From positions 1,740,001 through 1,772,000 of the forward strand of contig FP565575.1 in assembly GCA_000091165.1 (NCBI GenBank): DNA of 32,000 nt. Reading direction: 5' to 3'. The notes beneath the pieces are model-generated. The model worked only from the letters and a program-made list of their open reading frames with translations. It had not been told where the DNA came from and ran no database searches. The position numbers and the translations under genes are program-made. Origin of the DNA: Candidatus Methylomirabilis oxygeniifera. Its GTDB lineage: Bacteria; Methylomirabilota; Methylomirabilia; Methylomirabilales; Methylomirabilaceae. Shown piece by piece: positions 8,098 to 16,322 of the stretch. Each line of letters begins with the position of its first letter. The stretch's first letter is position 1.

Positions 8098-9470
8098 GTA
8101 CTTACGCTCGCCGGACTCTCGACCGCATCAAATATGCCCCGATCAAGCTTGAACTCCTCGGGGCGCATACTCTCAAACCGGTCCCACGCGCTTGGGTGAA
8201 AGAACGTGCGCTTCACCGCTGCCGTGTAGTACACACCGTCGGGGGTCAATTCCAGGTCCGCGCCGTTCATCCGCGCCAATCCGAACTCCTCCAGGAGGCT
8301 GATCTCTTCGGGAAACGCTTCGCGAAGGCTCCTCCCGAATCGTGCGGCGAAATCCTTACCGTCTAGCCGTAAGTGCTCGATCCGCCGTACGGCGTAGTTG
8401 TACGGCTTCTCTTCCTCGGGGAAGATATGCCCCGTGTGCAGGGGCGGTTCCCCGGTAGAAACGGCCGTCTCATACTTCCCCAGGTGTGAATGATTCTTGT
8501 AGATACAGTCCTTCGCCTGGCTTATACTGTGGGCGCCCAACCCGATCACTGGTGCCAAATCCGCCATCAGCCTCTCATAAGTGAAGTCCTGCTTCCCGAG
8601 GCGGAAGTTATGGCGGGTGGTGCGCTGATAGCCCGCCTCTAGCAGGAACTGATAGGCTTCTTCGTACGTCTGCCGCGACCGGCTTGGCCGCAGGAGTGCG
8701 GCCCGATAGTTGTACAGGGCGATCCCCTCATGGCGGACAGAGACTGGGAACACACACACGTGAGGAGGGTGTAGGCGGAGAATCTCCTGACACGTGTGAC
8801 GCCATGACTCTTCCGTCTGTTCCGGCAAGCCGCACATCAAGTCCACGCTGAAGTCGTCAAACCCAGCCTCGCGGACACTCCGCAAAATACGCAGGATCTC
8901 TTCCGTCGTATCCTCACGATTCAACTTCTTCTTCAGGTCGTCGTCCAGGAACTGCACCCCGAAGCTCAGCCGGGTGATTCCCTCACGCTTCCAACCAGCC
9001 ATCAAGTTCGTCGTAATGCTGGTGTCCGGAAGTACCTCCATCGTGACATCCGCATCGGGACTGAACCGAAACCGTGCACGGACGCCGTCCATTATGGCAG
9101 CAACCTGTTCCACTGAAAGCAGTGAGGGGGTCCCGCCACCGAATTCCATGGATTCCACGGCCACATGGCCGGCCATGCCCGCCACGACGCGAATATCCTG
9201 TCGCAACAAATCCAGATATCGTTCGATTTCCGAGTCGGACCGCCCGTAGTAAGCCAGGAAATCACAGTAGGTGCATTTCGTTCGGCAGAAGGGAATATGC
9301 ACGTGCATCGCAGCATGCTCGCCTGGTGGTACCTCCGACCAGCTTTGCTGGACGGACTTCCTCGAAATCTCGCGCCAGGTCCGCGCATACGGGTAAGCGA
9401 GAATGAGGATGCCAGGATCGCGGCTCAAATCGCGTAGCAGCCGCACGCGCTTAGATGTTGATTCGCTCAT
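8094..9470 (-). CDS. HemN-like radical SAM enzyme (coproporphyrinogen III oxidase family)
   Basis: HVHIPFCRTKCTYCDF is the CxxxCxxC cluster motif. GGGTPS follows, and the length fits HemN-like proteins. I prefer the ATG at 9470 (GAGG 5 nt upstream) over the GTG at 9476. There is a 4-nt overlap with the ligase gene. Confidence 0.9.
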   Translation of the reverse strand: MSESTSKRVRLLRDLSRDPGILILAYPYARTWREISRKSVQQSWSEVPPGEHAAMHVHIPFCRTKCTYCDFLAYYGRSDSEIERYLDLLRQDIRVVAGMAGHVAVESMEFGGGTPSLLSVEQVAAIMDGVRARFRFSPDADVTMEVLPDTSITTNLMAGWKREGITRLSFGVQFLDDDLKKKLNREDTTEEILRILRSVREAGFDDFSVDLMCGLPEQTEESWRHTCQEILRLHPPHVCVFPVSVRHEGIALYNYRAALLRPSRSRQTYEEAYQFLLEAGYQRTTRHNFRLGKQDFTYERLMADLAPVIGLGAHSISQAKDCIYKNHSHLGKYETAVSTGEPPLHTGHIFPEEEKPYNYAVRRIEHLRLDGKDFAARFGRSLREAFPEEISLLEEFGLARMNGADLELTPDGVYYTAAVKRTFFHPSAWDRFESMRPEEFKLDRGIFDAVESPASVST

Positions 9471-9579
9471 AAACACCTCTCGGGCGCAGATGCCTCATTT
9501 GGTTCACTTACCCTGACGCAACCTTGCTCAAGACTGACGAACACCGCACAACGAGGGGCTGAGCGGTAATCGCAAACTC

Positions 9580-10662
9580 CTAGACGACCCTGTTGATCTT
9601 TGGACTACCCAACTTTTCCGCGTGGTGCTCAAACGCTCTAACCAATTGGTGGACCGTTGCACCATCGCCCGTGTCACTCCCGATCACCTGGATTCTAGAC
9701 GGCGGGTCCTTATCGCCAAACGGGAAGTCAAGGACATGGAAAAGCAGTGCGCGATCCGTTGTGACCACCATATGGAAAGGGGCATGTCCGTCCTTGAATA
9801 CCCAAACCTGCTTCTGAATCTCCAGCAGGCGATTAGGCTCAGAGCTTTGCAGGGCACCTAGTAGCGCTATTGCCTGATAGTAAGGTTTCCTTAGTCGCAG
9901 GTCGTCCCAACGGCCGCTCCCGCTCCAAGCCCAGTAGAAGCCTCCCAGGCTCGTATTCTTGACAGTGTTCAGGTCCGCTTCTTGCACATCGCGGGGCTGG
10001 AGGGAGACCTCTTTATCCCTCTCGTCCATATCTCTAGGGATAACCCATTCCCAGTCTCTGCAGATTACGCGCACCGTGATCCGCGGGTTGTTGAACGCAT
10101 GGGAGAGTTTGTCCAGGACTTTCGGATATCTCTCGTGCGCCGATATGTTTCCGAATGAAACCGCATTGGCGACTATGAGTATTTGTCCTGCCCCATCCTT
10201 CGCTCTCTCAACCTCTGCGTCCACCATCCTGCCAACGTGTTCAAGGAGAACGTCATAGGAATAAATCCGAGACAGGATATCGTCCAACTTATTCAGGGTG
10301 AAGAAGAAGCTTGCAACAGTTACAACAGCGATCCCAATAGGCAAGACTACCCCAACCGACCCCAACCATGTATTCGGTACAGCCAATGAAACCGACAACA
10401 GGGCCACGGCCAGCAGAAAGAGGCAAGGCGCAATGAACTGCTTACGATTCACAGTCCGGCCGAATACACCGAGACTGCGGTGGTAGTAGTAAACAGTTCG
10501 CCATGCTGCTGGTATTGCTATCGCGACAGCCACTGAAACGGCCAAACCAGCTCCTATCATTTTCGCAGGACCAAGATATGAAGAAATAAGAAACAGCATG
10601 CCGAGGAAGCTACCTAGCCCAATGAGGAGGTCAGCCTTGCTAAACCCCTTGTGGTTCACCAT
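9580..10662 (-). CDS. Polytopic membrane protein with an uncharacterised cytoplasmic C-terminal domain (paralog B)
   Basis: There are about four hydrophobic helices in the first ~150 aa, then a soluble domain (ILIVANAVSFGNIS...ITVRVICRDWEW...PFHMVVTTDRALLFHVLDF...VRAFEHHAE). This domain aligns with 12624-13796. I prefer the ATG at 10662, just after the stop of the upstream chimeric ORF (GGAAGGTGAGGCAATG). Confidence 0.75.
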   Translation of the reverse strand: MVNHKGFSKADLLIGLGSFLGMLFLISSYLGPAKMIGAGLAVSVAVAIAIPAAWRTVYYYHRSLGVFGRTVNRKQFIAPCLFLLAVALLSVSLAVPNTWLGSVGVVLPIGIAVVTVASFFFTLNKLDDILSRIYSYDVLLEHVGRMVDAEVERAKDGAGQILIVANAVSFGNISAHERYPKVLDKLSHAFNNPRITVRVICRDWEWVIPRDMDERDKEVSLQPRDVQEADLNTVKNTSLGGFYWAWSGSGRWDDLRLRKPYYQAIALLGALQSSEPNRLLEIQKQVWVFKDGHAPFHMVVTTDRALLFHVLDFPFGDKDPPSRIQVIGSDTGDGATVHQLVRAFEHHAEKLGSPKINRVV

Positions 10663-10666
10663 TGCC

Positions 10667-10867
10667 TCACCTTCCCACCCAATGGACAAATCGCCGTTCG
10701 GCAAATTCGATTCCCTTGTTCAGTACGTATCCCATCAATCTCACTACCAGAATCGACGCGCGCATCTCCGCCGAGCGAAAAATGAGATGGAAGTCGTAGA
10801 GGCGCATGCCGGGGTCGCGGCTCAAATCGCGTAGTAGCCGCAGGCGCTTAGAATTCGATTCGCTCAC
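10667..10867 (-). CDS. Chimeric 66-aa ORF: radical SAM 5' end fused to ABC permease 3' end (duplication junction)
   Basis: The N-terminus MSESNSKRLRLLRDLSRDPG matches the rSAM MSESTSKRVRLLRDLSRDPG. The remainder, MRLYDFHLIFRSAEMRASILVVRLMGYVLNKGIEFAERRFVHWVGR, matches the permease C-terminus MRIYDFHLMFRSAEMYASVLVVGIIGYVLNKIVEVAEKHFVHWSGR. Confidence 0.45.
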   Translation of the reverse strand: MSESNSKRLRLLRDLSRDPGMRLYDFHLIFRSAEMRASILVVRLMGYVLNKGIEFAERRFVHWVGR

Positions 10868-10891
10868 AGTAGCCTCGACAGAATCGCGGCC

Positions 10892-11377
10892 TCATCTGCA
10901 CGACCAGCACAGTTCAAACGCTGTCTCCAGAAACCGAATGAATGGCTGGTCGGTCGTCTCGAAAACAGACGCCTCAAACTTCTGTATTGCTCCCCAAGCA
11001 CCGAGAAACAACACGGCACGCTCCCCGTCCGCAACTGCAAAGCTCAGCTCTGGTGCGGGGCCGCCGCCAACTCGCCGAACATGCCCTCCCGCGGTTTCAA
11101 GCGCAGCGATCATCGCCTCGGTGCGCTCGAAGTACGGGGTGTCTGCCATCTTGCTGCCAACGCGAGCGAAAAAGGCTTGAGAAGACTCCGGGTCAAGGCA
11201 AATGAGACGGCACCTCACGCCGGCTTTTGCCTTGCGGACCAGAACGTGCTCCGGGTCAATAAATTTGCGGAGTTCCGGCCGATCAACAACCTGGCCTGGG
11301 TACGGGCTTCTCACCTTGATGTCCAAGGCTGTCGAAGCCGACTCCACCAACTTGTAGAAGCTATCAGCGATGGACAT
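10892..11377 (-). CDS. Hypothetical soluble protein related to the C-terminal domain of the two membrane paralogs
   Basis: AGGAGG lies 9 nt upstream of the ATG. VRCRLICLD, ELSFAVADGERAVLFLG and SVFETTDQPFIRFLETAFE parallel EVQTLCLDW, PLHFVLTSRASIVFNTL and AFESTDGALRRRLRAAFEYH in paralog A. Confidence 0.65.
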   Translation of the reverse strand: MSIADSFYKLVESASTALDIKVRSPYPGQVVDRPELRKFIDPEHVLVRKAKAGVRCRLICLDPESSQAFFARVGSKMADTPYFERTEAMIAALETAGGHVRRVGGGPAPELSFAVADGERAVLFLGAWGAIQKFEASVFETTDQPFIRFLETAFELCWSCR

Positions 11378-11404
11378 GGGAACGGCCCTCCTGAAAAGAA
11401 ATCA

Positions 11405-12178
11405 TCAAGTCAGAATTCCAGCAACCTGTATAATCTTCGAAATTTGCCGCGAGACATCCTTGTCGGGGTGAGGATGCTCACCGGGAACGGATATCACTAC
11501 CACCCTTGCACCGGCAGACGTGATCACCTTCTCAGTCTCTTCTATCAAGCGCTCAGGGACTACGCTGTCGTCTTGGGCGCAGATGATGACATGTTGCCGA
11601 GTCGGAACAATCCAGCTCTTGATCTCTTCGTCACTTGGGTCTTGGAGCGACGCAATGAATTGTGCGTCCACCTTCGCATTGTCGAACTCAGTAAAGCCGA
11701 GACGGCGGATCTCATGCAGTCGGTACCGTATCTCCAGCGAGGTGCGTAGCCATATGATAGGTGCCCACATGATCAATGGCACATCAGGCGCTTCCAGCAG
11801 CGCTTCCATGGCGATTCTTGCGCCGTATCCGCGTGCGATTACGACGTCCGGCATCCGTCTGCTTTGCCTGTGCAACGCGGCCATCGCTGCTTTCGTGTCT
11901 GCGACCATGGACACCGCCGTCCTCAACGATTCCCCTACCTCCGGCTTCAGGCTGTGCCGGTAATCAAACCGAAGCGATGACCAAAATTCCACGTCTAGGC
12001 TGTCGGCAAGGTCATCGAGCGACGACCGGCATTCCAAACTTCCCGTGAGACCTCGACAGATAAGTGCCCATTTCCTCCCGACCGTCGTACGCCGGAGTTT
12101 GCCGGCCAGCGAGCCCTTATCCTCAACAAGAATCTGAATGGGCTCATCCCCCGCTACTGCGCTTGACTCGTTTGACAT
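11405..12178 (-). CDS. Alpha/beta-hydrolase-like protein with a non-canonical nucleophile elbow
   Basis: The strand/helix pattern is ALICRGLTGS ... FDYRHS ... VVIARGYGARIAMEAL ... ICAQDDSVVP ... VPGEHPH. I chose the start at 12178 (AGGAGGTGACTATG) because the longer track ORF overlaps the thioesterase gene. Confidence 0.65.
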   Translation of the reverse strand: MSNESSAVAGDEPIQILVEDKGSLAGKLRRTTVGRKWALICRGLTGSLECRSSLDDLADSLDVEFWSSLRFDYRHSLKPEVGESLRTAVSMVADTKAAMAALHRQSRRMPDVVIARGYGARIAMEALLEAPDVPLIMWAPIIWLRTSLEIRYRLHEIRRLGFTEFDNAKVDAQFIASLQDPSDEEIKSWIVPTRQHVIICAQDDSVVPERLIEETEKVITSAGARVVVISVPGEHPHPDKDVSRQISKIIQVAGILT

Positions 12179-12180
12179 AG

Positions 12181-12630
12181 TCACCTCCTGGGAATCTCCG
12201 CTGTACTCATCGCCATTTCCTGCTTTCTGATCACGGCCAGCGTACAACGCGAAACGCAGATCAAATCGCCAGCCTCGTCCGTAATCCTGACGTCCCACAC
12301 CTGAGTCCGGCGGCCGATGTGAAGCGGCGTTGCGGTAGCCGTTACCACGCCGTCCCGCTTCGTGCGCAAGTGATTCGCGTTAATCTCCAGGCCGACGACG
12401 CACTCCCTCGACTTGTCAACATGCAGCATTCCGCCGATAGATGCGGCGGTCTCGGCCAGCGCCACTGATGCACCACCATGAAGGAAGCCTAGAGACTGGT
12501 GAATCTTCTGCGTAACGGGCATATGGGCAACCACGCGTTGTTTCGTCGCTTCATTCACGGCAATCCCAAGAGCGCGACGGAGGCCCATTTGACCCGTATG
12601 CCTGTGTGTTATCATGAAACGTCCTACCAT
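12181..12630 (-). CDS. PaaI/YdiI-type hotdog-fold thioesterase
   Basis: QSLGFLHGGASVALAETAASIGG ... GRRTQVWDVRITDEAGDLICVSRCTLAV is the typical PaaI-family pattern. Its start overlaps the upstream stop (ATGGTAG). Confidence 0.85.
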   Translation of the reverse strand: MVGRFMITHRHTGQMGLRRALGIAVNEATKQRVVAHMPVTQKIHQSLGFLHGGASVALAETAASIGGMLHVDKSRECVVGLEINANHLRTKRDGVVTATATPLHIGRRTQVWDVRITDEAGDLICVSRCTLAVIRKQEMAMSTAEIPRR

Positions 12631-13796
12631 GGCGACGGAATCAAAGTGGCCCTGCTTTCATCCGCGTGATACTCGAAAGCGGCCCTGAGCCTCCGCCTTA
12701 GCGCTCCGTCGGTACTCTCGAAAGCGGCCACATGAACTTCTTCTCCCTTCCTGTCCCCCCCGTTATTTGCCGGAAGATCCAGAGTGTTGAACACAATGGA
12801 TGCCCTCGATGTGAGTACAAAGTGAAGAGGAACTCTTTTTGGTTTCTGATCGGGTTTTCCCAACGCGACGGTACGTCGCGGAGCCTTCTGGCGCTGAGCC
12901 GACGTTTGGGAGACATGTGTCACGGCACCCAAAATCCCCAGTGCTTCAGTTAGCGCCAACGCTGCATCAGCTTTCTTGTTCAAGTGTTCAGCGACCTCGC
13001 GGTAGAACTCCGCCAAAGGCGTCTCGATTATGTCCAACTCCCTTTCCACTGAATCTGATGGACGTTCCGGAACATGACTCCGCTGGTCCGCCGATAGTGA
13101 AGGATAGAGCCAATCCCGTTGCCCACCGGCATCGACTGACGTCCAATCCAGACAGAGCGTTTGAACTTCTAAGCTCCGGTTGCCGAGTGCGTCATGCAAT
13201 GTCTCATAGAATCGCAAGAAACTCATGCGATCCGAAAGATTCCCAAAAGTCGGAGCATTCGCCATGATCCAGACGAACCGGTTTCCGCGATGTGCGTCCC
13301 TTGCTTCGTCGTTGATGAGTTTTGCGACGCGCTCATGAAGCGTCGCGTAGTCGACAGCGCGCCCTTCGATCTCCTGAAGCCGCACCAGTGTTGCAAAGAA
13401 CCCAAGTATCGTTATCAGGCCCAGAAGTGCGGCAAAGATCGTGCCAGGTCCGCCAAACAAGGTCTTCCCAAGTTCTGAGAGATCAATGCCGGGAGGGACG
13501 CACGCAGGGCGTCGTTGTCCTACGACAAACAAGAAGAGCAGCGACATGCCAACAATACCTGTCCAAATGGGAACGGCATGCCAACTCCTTCCCCCGCCGA
13601 ACAGGAGAAAGAGGACACTGCGATACCCGCGCAGCAAGTTGGACAAGCCGAAAAGCGCGATACCGAGGAACACGACGAAGATGACGTGCGCAGACAACGG
13701 AAGGCTATCGGGCACCAACCAAAAAACAGTCACGATCCACGCCAGACCCGCGATGATGCCAACCAACAATACCAAGAAAAGGCTGGTTCGCAGCAT
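12624..13796 (-). CDS. Polytopic membrane protein with an uncharacterised cytoplasmic C-terminal domain (paralog A)
   Basis: The N-terminus is hydrophobic, followed by the domain FVWIMANAPTFGNLS...LEVQTLCLDW...PLHFVLTSRASIVFNTLDL...LRAAFEYHADE. I prefer the ATG at 13796 (TAGGGAGAAACCTATG, directly after the permease stop). Confidence 0.75.
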   Translation of the reverse strand: MLRTSLFLVLLVGIIAGLAWIVTVFWLVPDSLPLSAHVIFVVFLGIALFGLSNLLRGYRSVLFLLFGGGRSWHAVPIWTGIVGMSLLFLFVVGQRRPACVPPGIDLSELGKTLFGGPGTIFAALLGLITILGFFATLVRLQEIEGRAVDYATLHERVAKLINDEARDAHRGNRFVWIMANAPTFGNLSDRMSFLRFYETLHDALGNRSLEVQTLCLDWTSVDAGGQRDWLYPSLSADQRSHVPERPSDSVERELDIIETPLAEFYREVAEHLNKKADAALALTEALGILGAVTHVSQTSAQRQKAPRRTVALGKPDQKPKRVPLHFVLTSRASIVFNTLDLPANNGGDRKGEEVHVAAFESTDGALRRRLRAAFEYHADESRATLIPSPW

Positions 13797-13806
13797 AGGT
13801 TTCTCC

Positions 13807-14556
13807 CTATCGGCCACTCCAATGAACGAAATGTTTCTCGGCGACCTCAACGATCTTGTTCAGTACATATCCGATAATCCCCACCACCAGAACGGAGGCG
13901 TACATCTCGGCTGACCGGAACATCAGATGGAAGTCATAGATACGCATGCCCAGTCCTGTCCGAGTCCCGATGAACATTTCCGAGACCACAACAATGATGA
14001 GCGAAAGAGAGAGCGTGATGCGCCACCCGGCGACCAATCCGGGAAGGACACTAGGCATGAGAACGCGAACGAAGAGAAACAGACCATTTGCACCCGCGAT
14101 ACGCGCCCCAAGAACGCGATATCGTGGGATCGTCCGCACAGCATAGGCTGCTTGGATCGCGTTGATGAGCGAACACGTGAAAGCGGCAACGGCAATGCGC
14201 GACAAGTCGCCCAGGCCGAAGAGAAGCATCGCCAAAGGGATCAACGCGGGCGACGGCATGGATCGGAAGAAATCAAAGATGACCTCGACCGATTCATAGA
14301 GTCGCGCCCATACCCCAAGGGGAACGCCCACGACGACGCCCACGATGGCGGCGATCACGAACGCAATTCCCGTCCGATACAGAGTCGCTCCCGCATCACG
14401 CCACAGCGGACCATCCGCTAGTAGCGCTCCCAAGGTCGCCAGTACACGCCACGGGGAGGGAAGGAAGATCGGACGGACAAGGCCAAGGCCCGTGACTGCG
14501 GCCCACAGCGCCAACAGGACCAAGGGGCCGAGAACGATCCACCATTTCCTTATCAC
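13807..14556 (-). CDS. ABC transporter permease (NitT/TauT, SsuC-like)
   Basis: It has six predicted TM segments and a binding-protein-dependent permease loop pattern (IQAAYAVRTIPRYRVLGARIAGANGLFLFVRVLMPSVLP). There is a 4-nt overlap with the ATPase gene. Confidence 0.9.
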   Translation of the reverse strand: MIRKWWIVLGPLVLLALWAAVTGLGLVRPIFLPSPWRVLATLGALLADGPLWRDAGATLYRTGIAFVIAAIVGVVVGVPLGVWARLYESVEVIFDFFRSMPSPALIPLAMLLFGLGDLSRIAVAAFTCSLINAIQAAYAVRTIPRYRVLGARIAGANGLFLFVRVLMPSVLPGLVAGWRITLSLSLIIVVVSEMFIGTRTGLGMRIYDFHLMFRSAEMYASVLVVGIIGYVLNKIVEVAEKHFVHWSGR

Positions 14557-15320
14557 CGCCCCACCTCCTGCAGGAAAGTAGCAACGACTTCGCGTCGCAG
14601 GTTCGAGAACTCGACGCTCGTCAACAGGTCGTGCTGCCGGGGACGAAGGAATGGGACGGGAAACCGCTTCAGCACGCTCGCCGGGATCTTGCTGAGCATG
14701 ATCACCTCGTCGCTGACGTACAGGGCCTCATCCACGTCATGCGTGACGAACAGGACTGCCGTGGAGTTCGTTTTGACGATGGACTCGACGAAGTCCTGCA
14801 TCCTGAAGCGCGCCCGGTTATCCAAGGCGGAAAACGGCTCATCGAGGAGGACATTGGCCGGTTCCTGAATGAGCGTGCGCGTCAGGGCGACCGTCTGTTG
14901 CTGCCCGATACTGAGTTGGTAGGGATAGTTGTCGCGCGGGAAACCGAAGCCGTGCTTGTCGAGGAATGCAACGGCCAGTTCGCGTGCGACGGCAGGGGCG
15001 ATACCCATTGCGCGGAGACCGAAGGTTACGTTGTCGAGTGCCGACTCCCAGGGAAGAAGCACGTCGCGGAAGTTCTGGAAGGCGTAACCCACCACGGGAG
15101 CATGAGCGTGTTTGCCTGTTACGGAAACGTCGCCTCCGTCGGCCGTTTCGATTCCCGCCACGATGTTCAGGATCGTAGTCTTGCCGCAGCCGTTCGGTCC
15201 GAAGAGCGCCACCACCTTGCTTTCCGGTACGTCCAGGTCAATGCCGTCGAGCACCGTAACTGACTCTCCGGTCTCCTTTGACCGAAAGCCTTTCCTCACG
15301 CTCTTCAGACTGATCGCCAT
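14553..15320 (-). CDS. ABC transporter ATP-binding protein (NitT/TauT family)
   Basis: Walker A is GPNGCGKTT, the signature is LSIGQQQ, Walker B is VLLDEPFSALD, and the H-loop is VTHDVDEA. Confidence 0.95.
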   Translation of the reverse strand: MAISLKSVRKGFRSKETGESVTVLDGIDLDVPESKVVALFGPNGCGKTTILNIVAGIETADGGDVSVTGKHAHAPVVGYAFQNFRDVLLPWESALDNVTFGLRAMGIAPAVARELAVAFLDKHGFGFPRDNYPYQLSIGQQQTVALTRTLIQEPANVLLDEPFSALDNRARFRMQDFVESIVKTNSTAVLFVTHDVDEALYVSDEVIMLSKIPASVLKRFPVPFLRPRQHDLLTSVEFSNLRREVVATFLQEVGR

Positions 15321-15344
15321 AGCGCCTCTCGTCTCTGAAACGGG

Positions 15345-16322
15345 CTATCTGCCGGCAACGAAGTACAAGCCGGCGGTAGCGACACGCTTGGGCAGGACGC
15401 CCTTCTCCGCGTACAGATCGGCCAGTGTCTGAACCGAATCGCGGTCCATGGTATCGGGGCCCCAGTTGTCATAAAGGGCCACCTTCGCCACGATGTTGGA
15501 GTCAACCGGCGCGTACTTCAGGAACGTGAGCGCCGCTTCCTCTGGATGCGCCTTGAGGAACTGGTGTGCCGCCGTCAGTCCCGCAATGATCCTTCCTACG
15601 ACCTTCGGTTTCTCGGTGGCCATGCGTGCCGAGACAACACTGACCGCGGTCGGGAAGGGCTTCTGGATGAATTCATAGAGGGGGTTGACCGAGATTGTGC
15701 GTGCGAGACCTTTTGACTCAAGAAGCGTCCCGGTCGGTTCCAGACAGAACAAGGCGTCCACCTGTCCGCTCTCAAGAGCTTGCGGTTGCAGTGGCGGTTT
15801 CAGTTGAACGATCTCGACTTCGCGCTCGGCGTCGAAGTACCGTCCGAGGATCAACTTCAAGAAGACCACCATTTGCGAGCCGGGGAAGGTTCCGACCTTC
15901 TTGCCCCTCAAGTCGGCCAACGTCTTAATGGGCGAATCCGTCTTGACGACGATCCGGTGAACCTTCGTGTCCGCGGTCGCCGCAGTCATTTCGATGATGC
16001 GGAACTGGTCCGGGGTGTTTGCCTCAAGGGCAAGGGCCGCTTCAAGAGCGACTATGGCGGTTGCGTCAATCCGTCCAGCGATCAGCGCTTCCAACGCCTG
16101 ATTGCTCGTCTCGAACTTGATCGGCTCGACCTGTAGTCCCCGCGCCTTGAAGAGGCCCTTCTCGACGGCCACAAAGAAACTCGCGTCCGAGGTGATCGGC
16201 AGATACCCCATGCGGACGCTCTCCATCGTCTCCGGCGGTTGACTGCGCCGGCAAGAGAAGACGAAGATTGCCGCACAAGCCAACCCGACGACCAGTAGAC
16301 GAACGAACGCTCTCCTATTCAT
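15345..16322 (-). CDS. ABC transporter substrate-binding lipoprotein (NMT1/SsuA/TauA-like)
   Basis: MNRRAFVRLLVVGLACAAIFVFSC is a signal peptide plus lipobox. VRMGYLPITSDASFFVAVEKGLFKARGL ... LRGKKVGTFPGS is a typical NMT1/SsuA-like pattern. I placed the start at the internal ATG at 16322. Confidence 0.88.
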   Translation of the reverse strand: MNRRAFVRLLVVGLACAAIFVFSCRRSQPPETMESVRMGYLPITSDASFFVAVEKGLFKARGLQVEPIKFETSNQALEALIAGRIDATAIVALEAALALEANTPDQFRIIEMTAATADTKVHRIVVKTDSPIKTLADLRGKKVGTFPGSQMVVFLKLILGRYFDAEREVEIVQLKPPLQPQALESGQVDALFCLEPTGTLLESKGLARTISVNPLYEFIQKPFPTAVSVVSARMATEKPKVVGRIIAGLTAAHQFLKAHPEEAALTFLKYAPVDSNIVAKVALYDNWGPDTMDRDSVQTLADLYAEKGVLPKRVATAGLYFVAGR

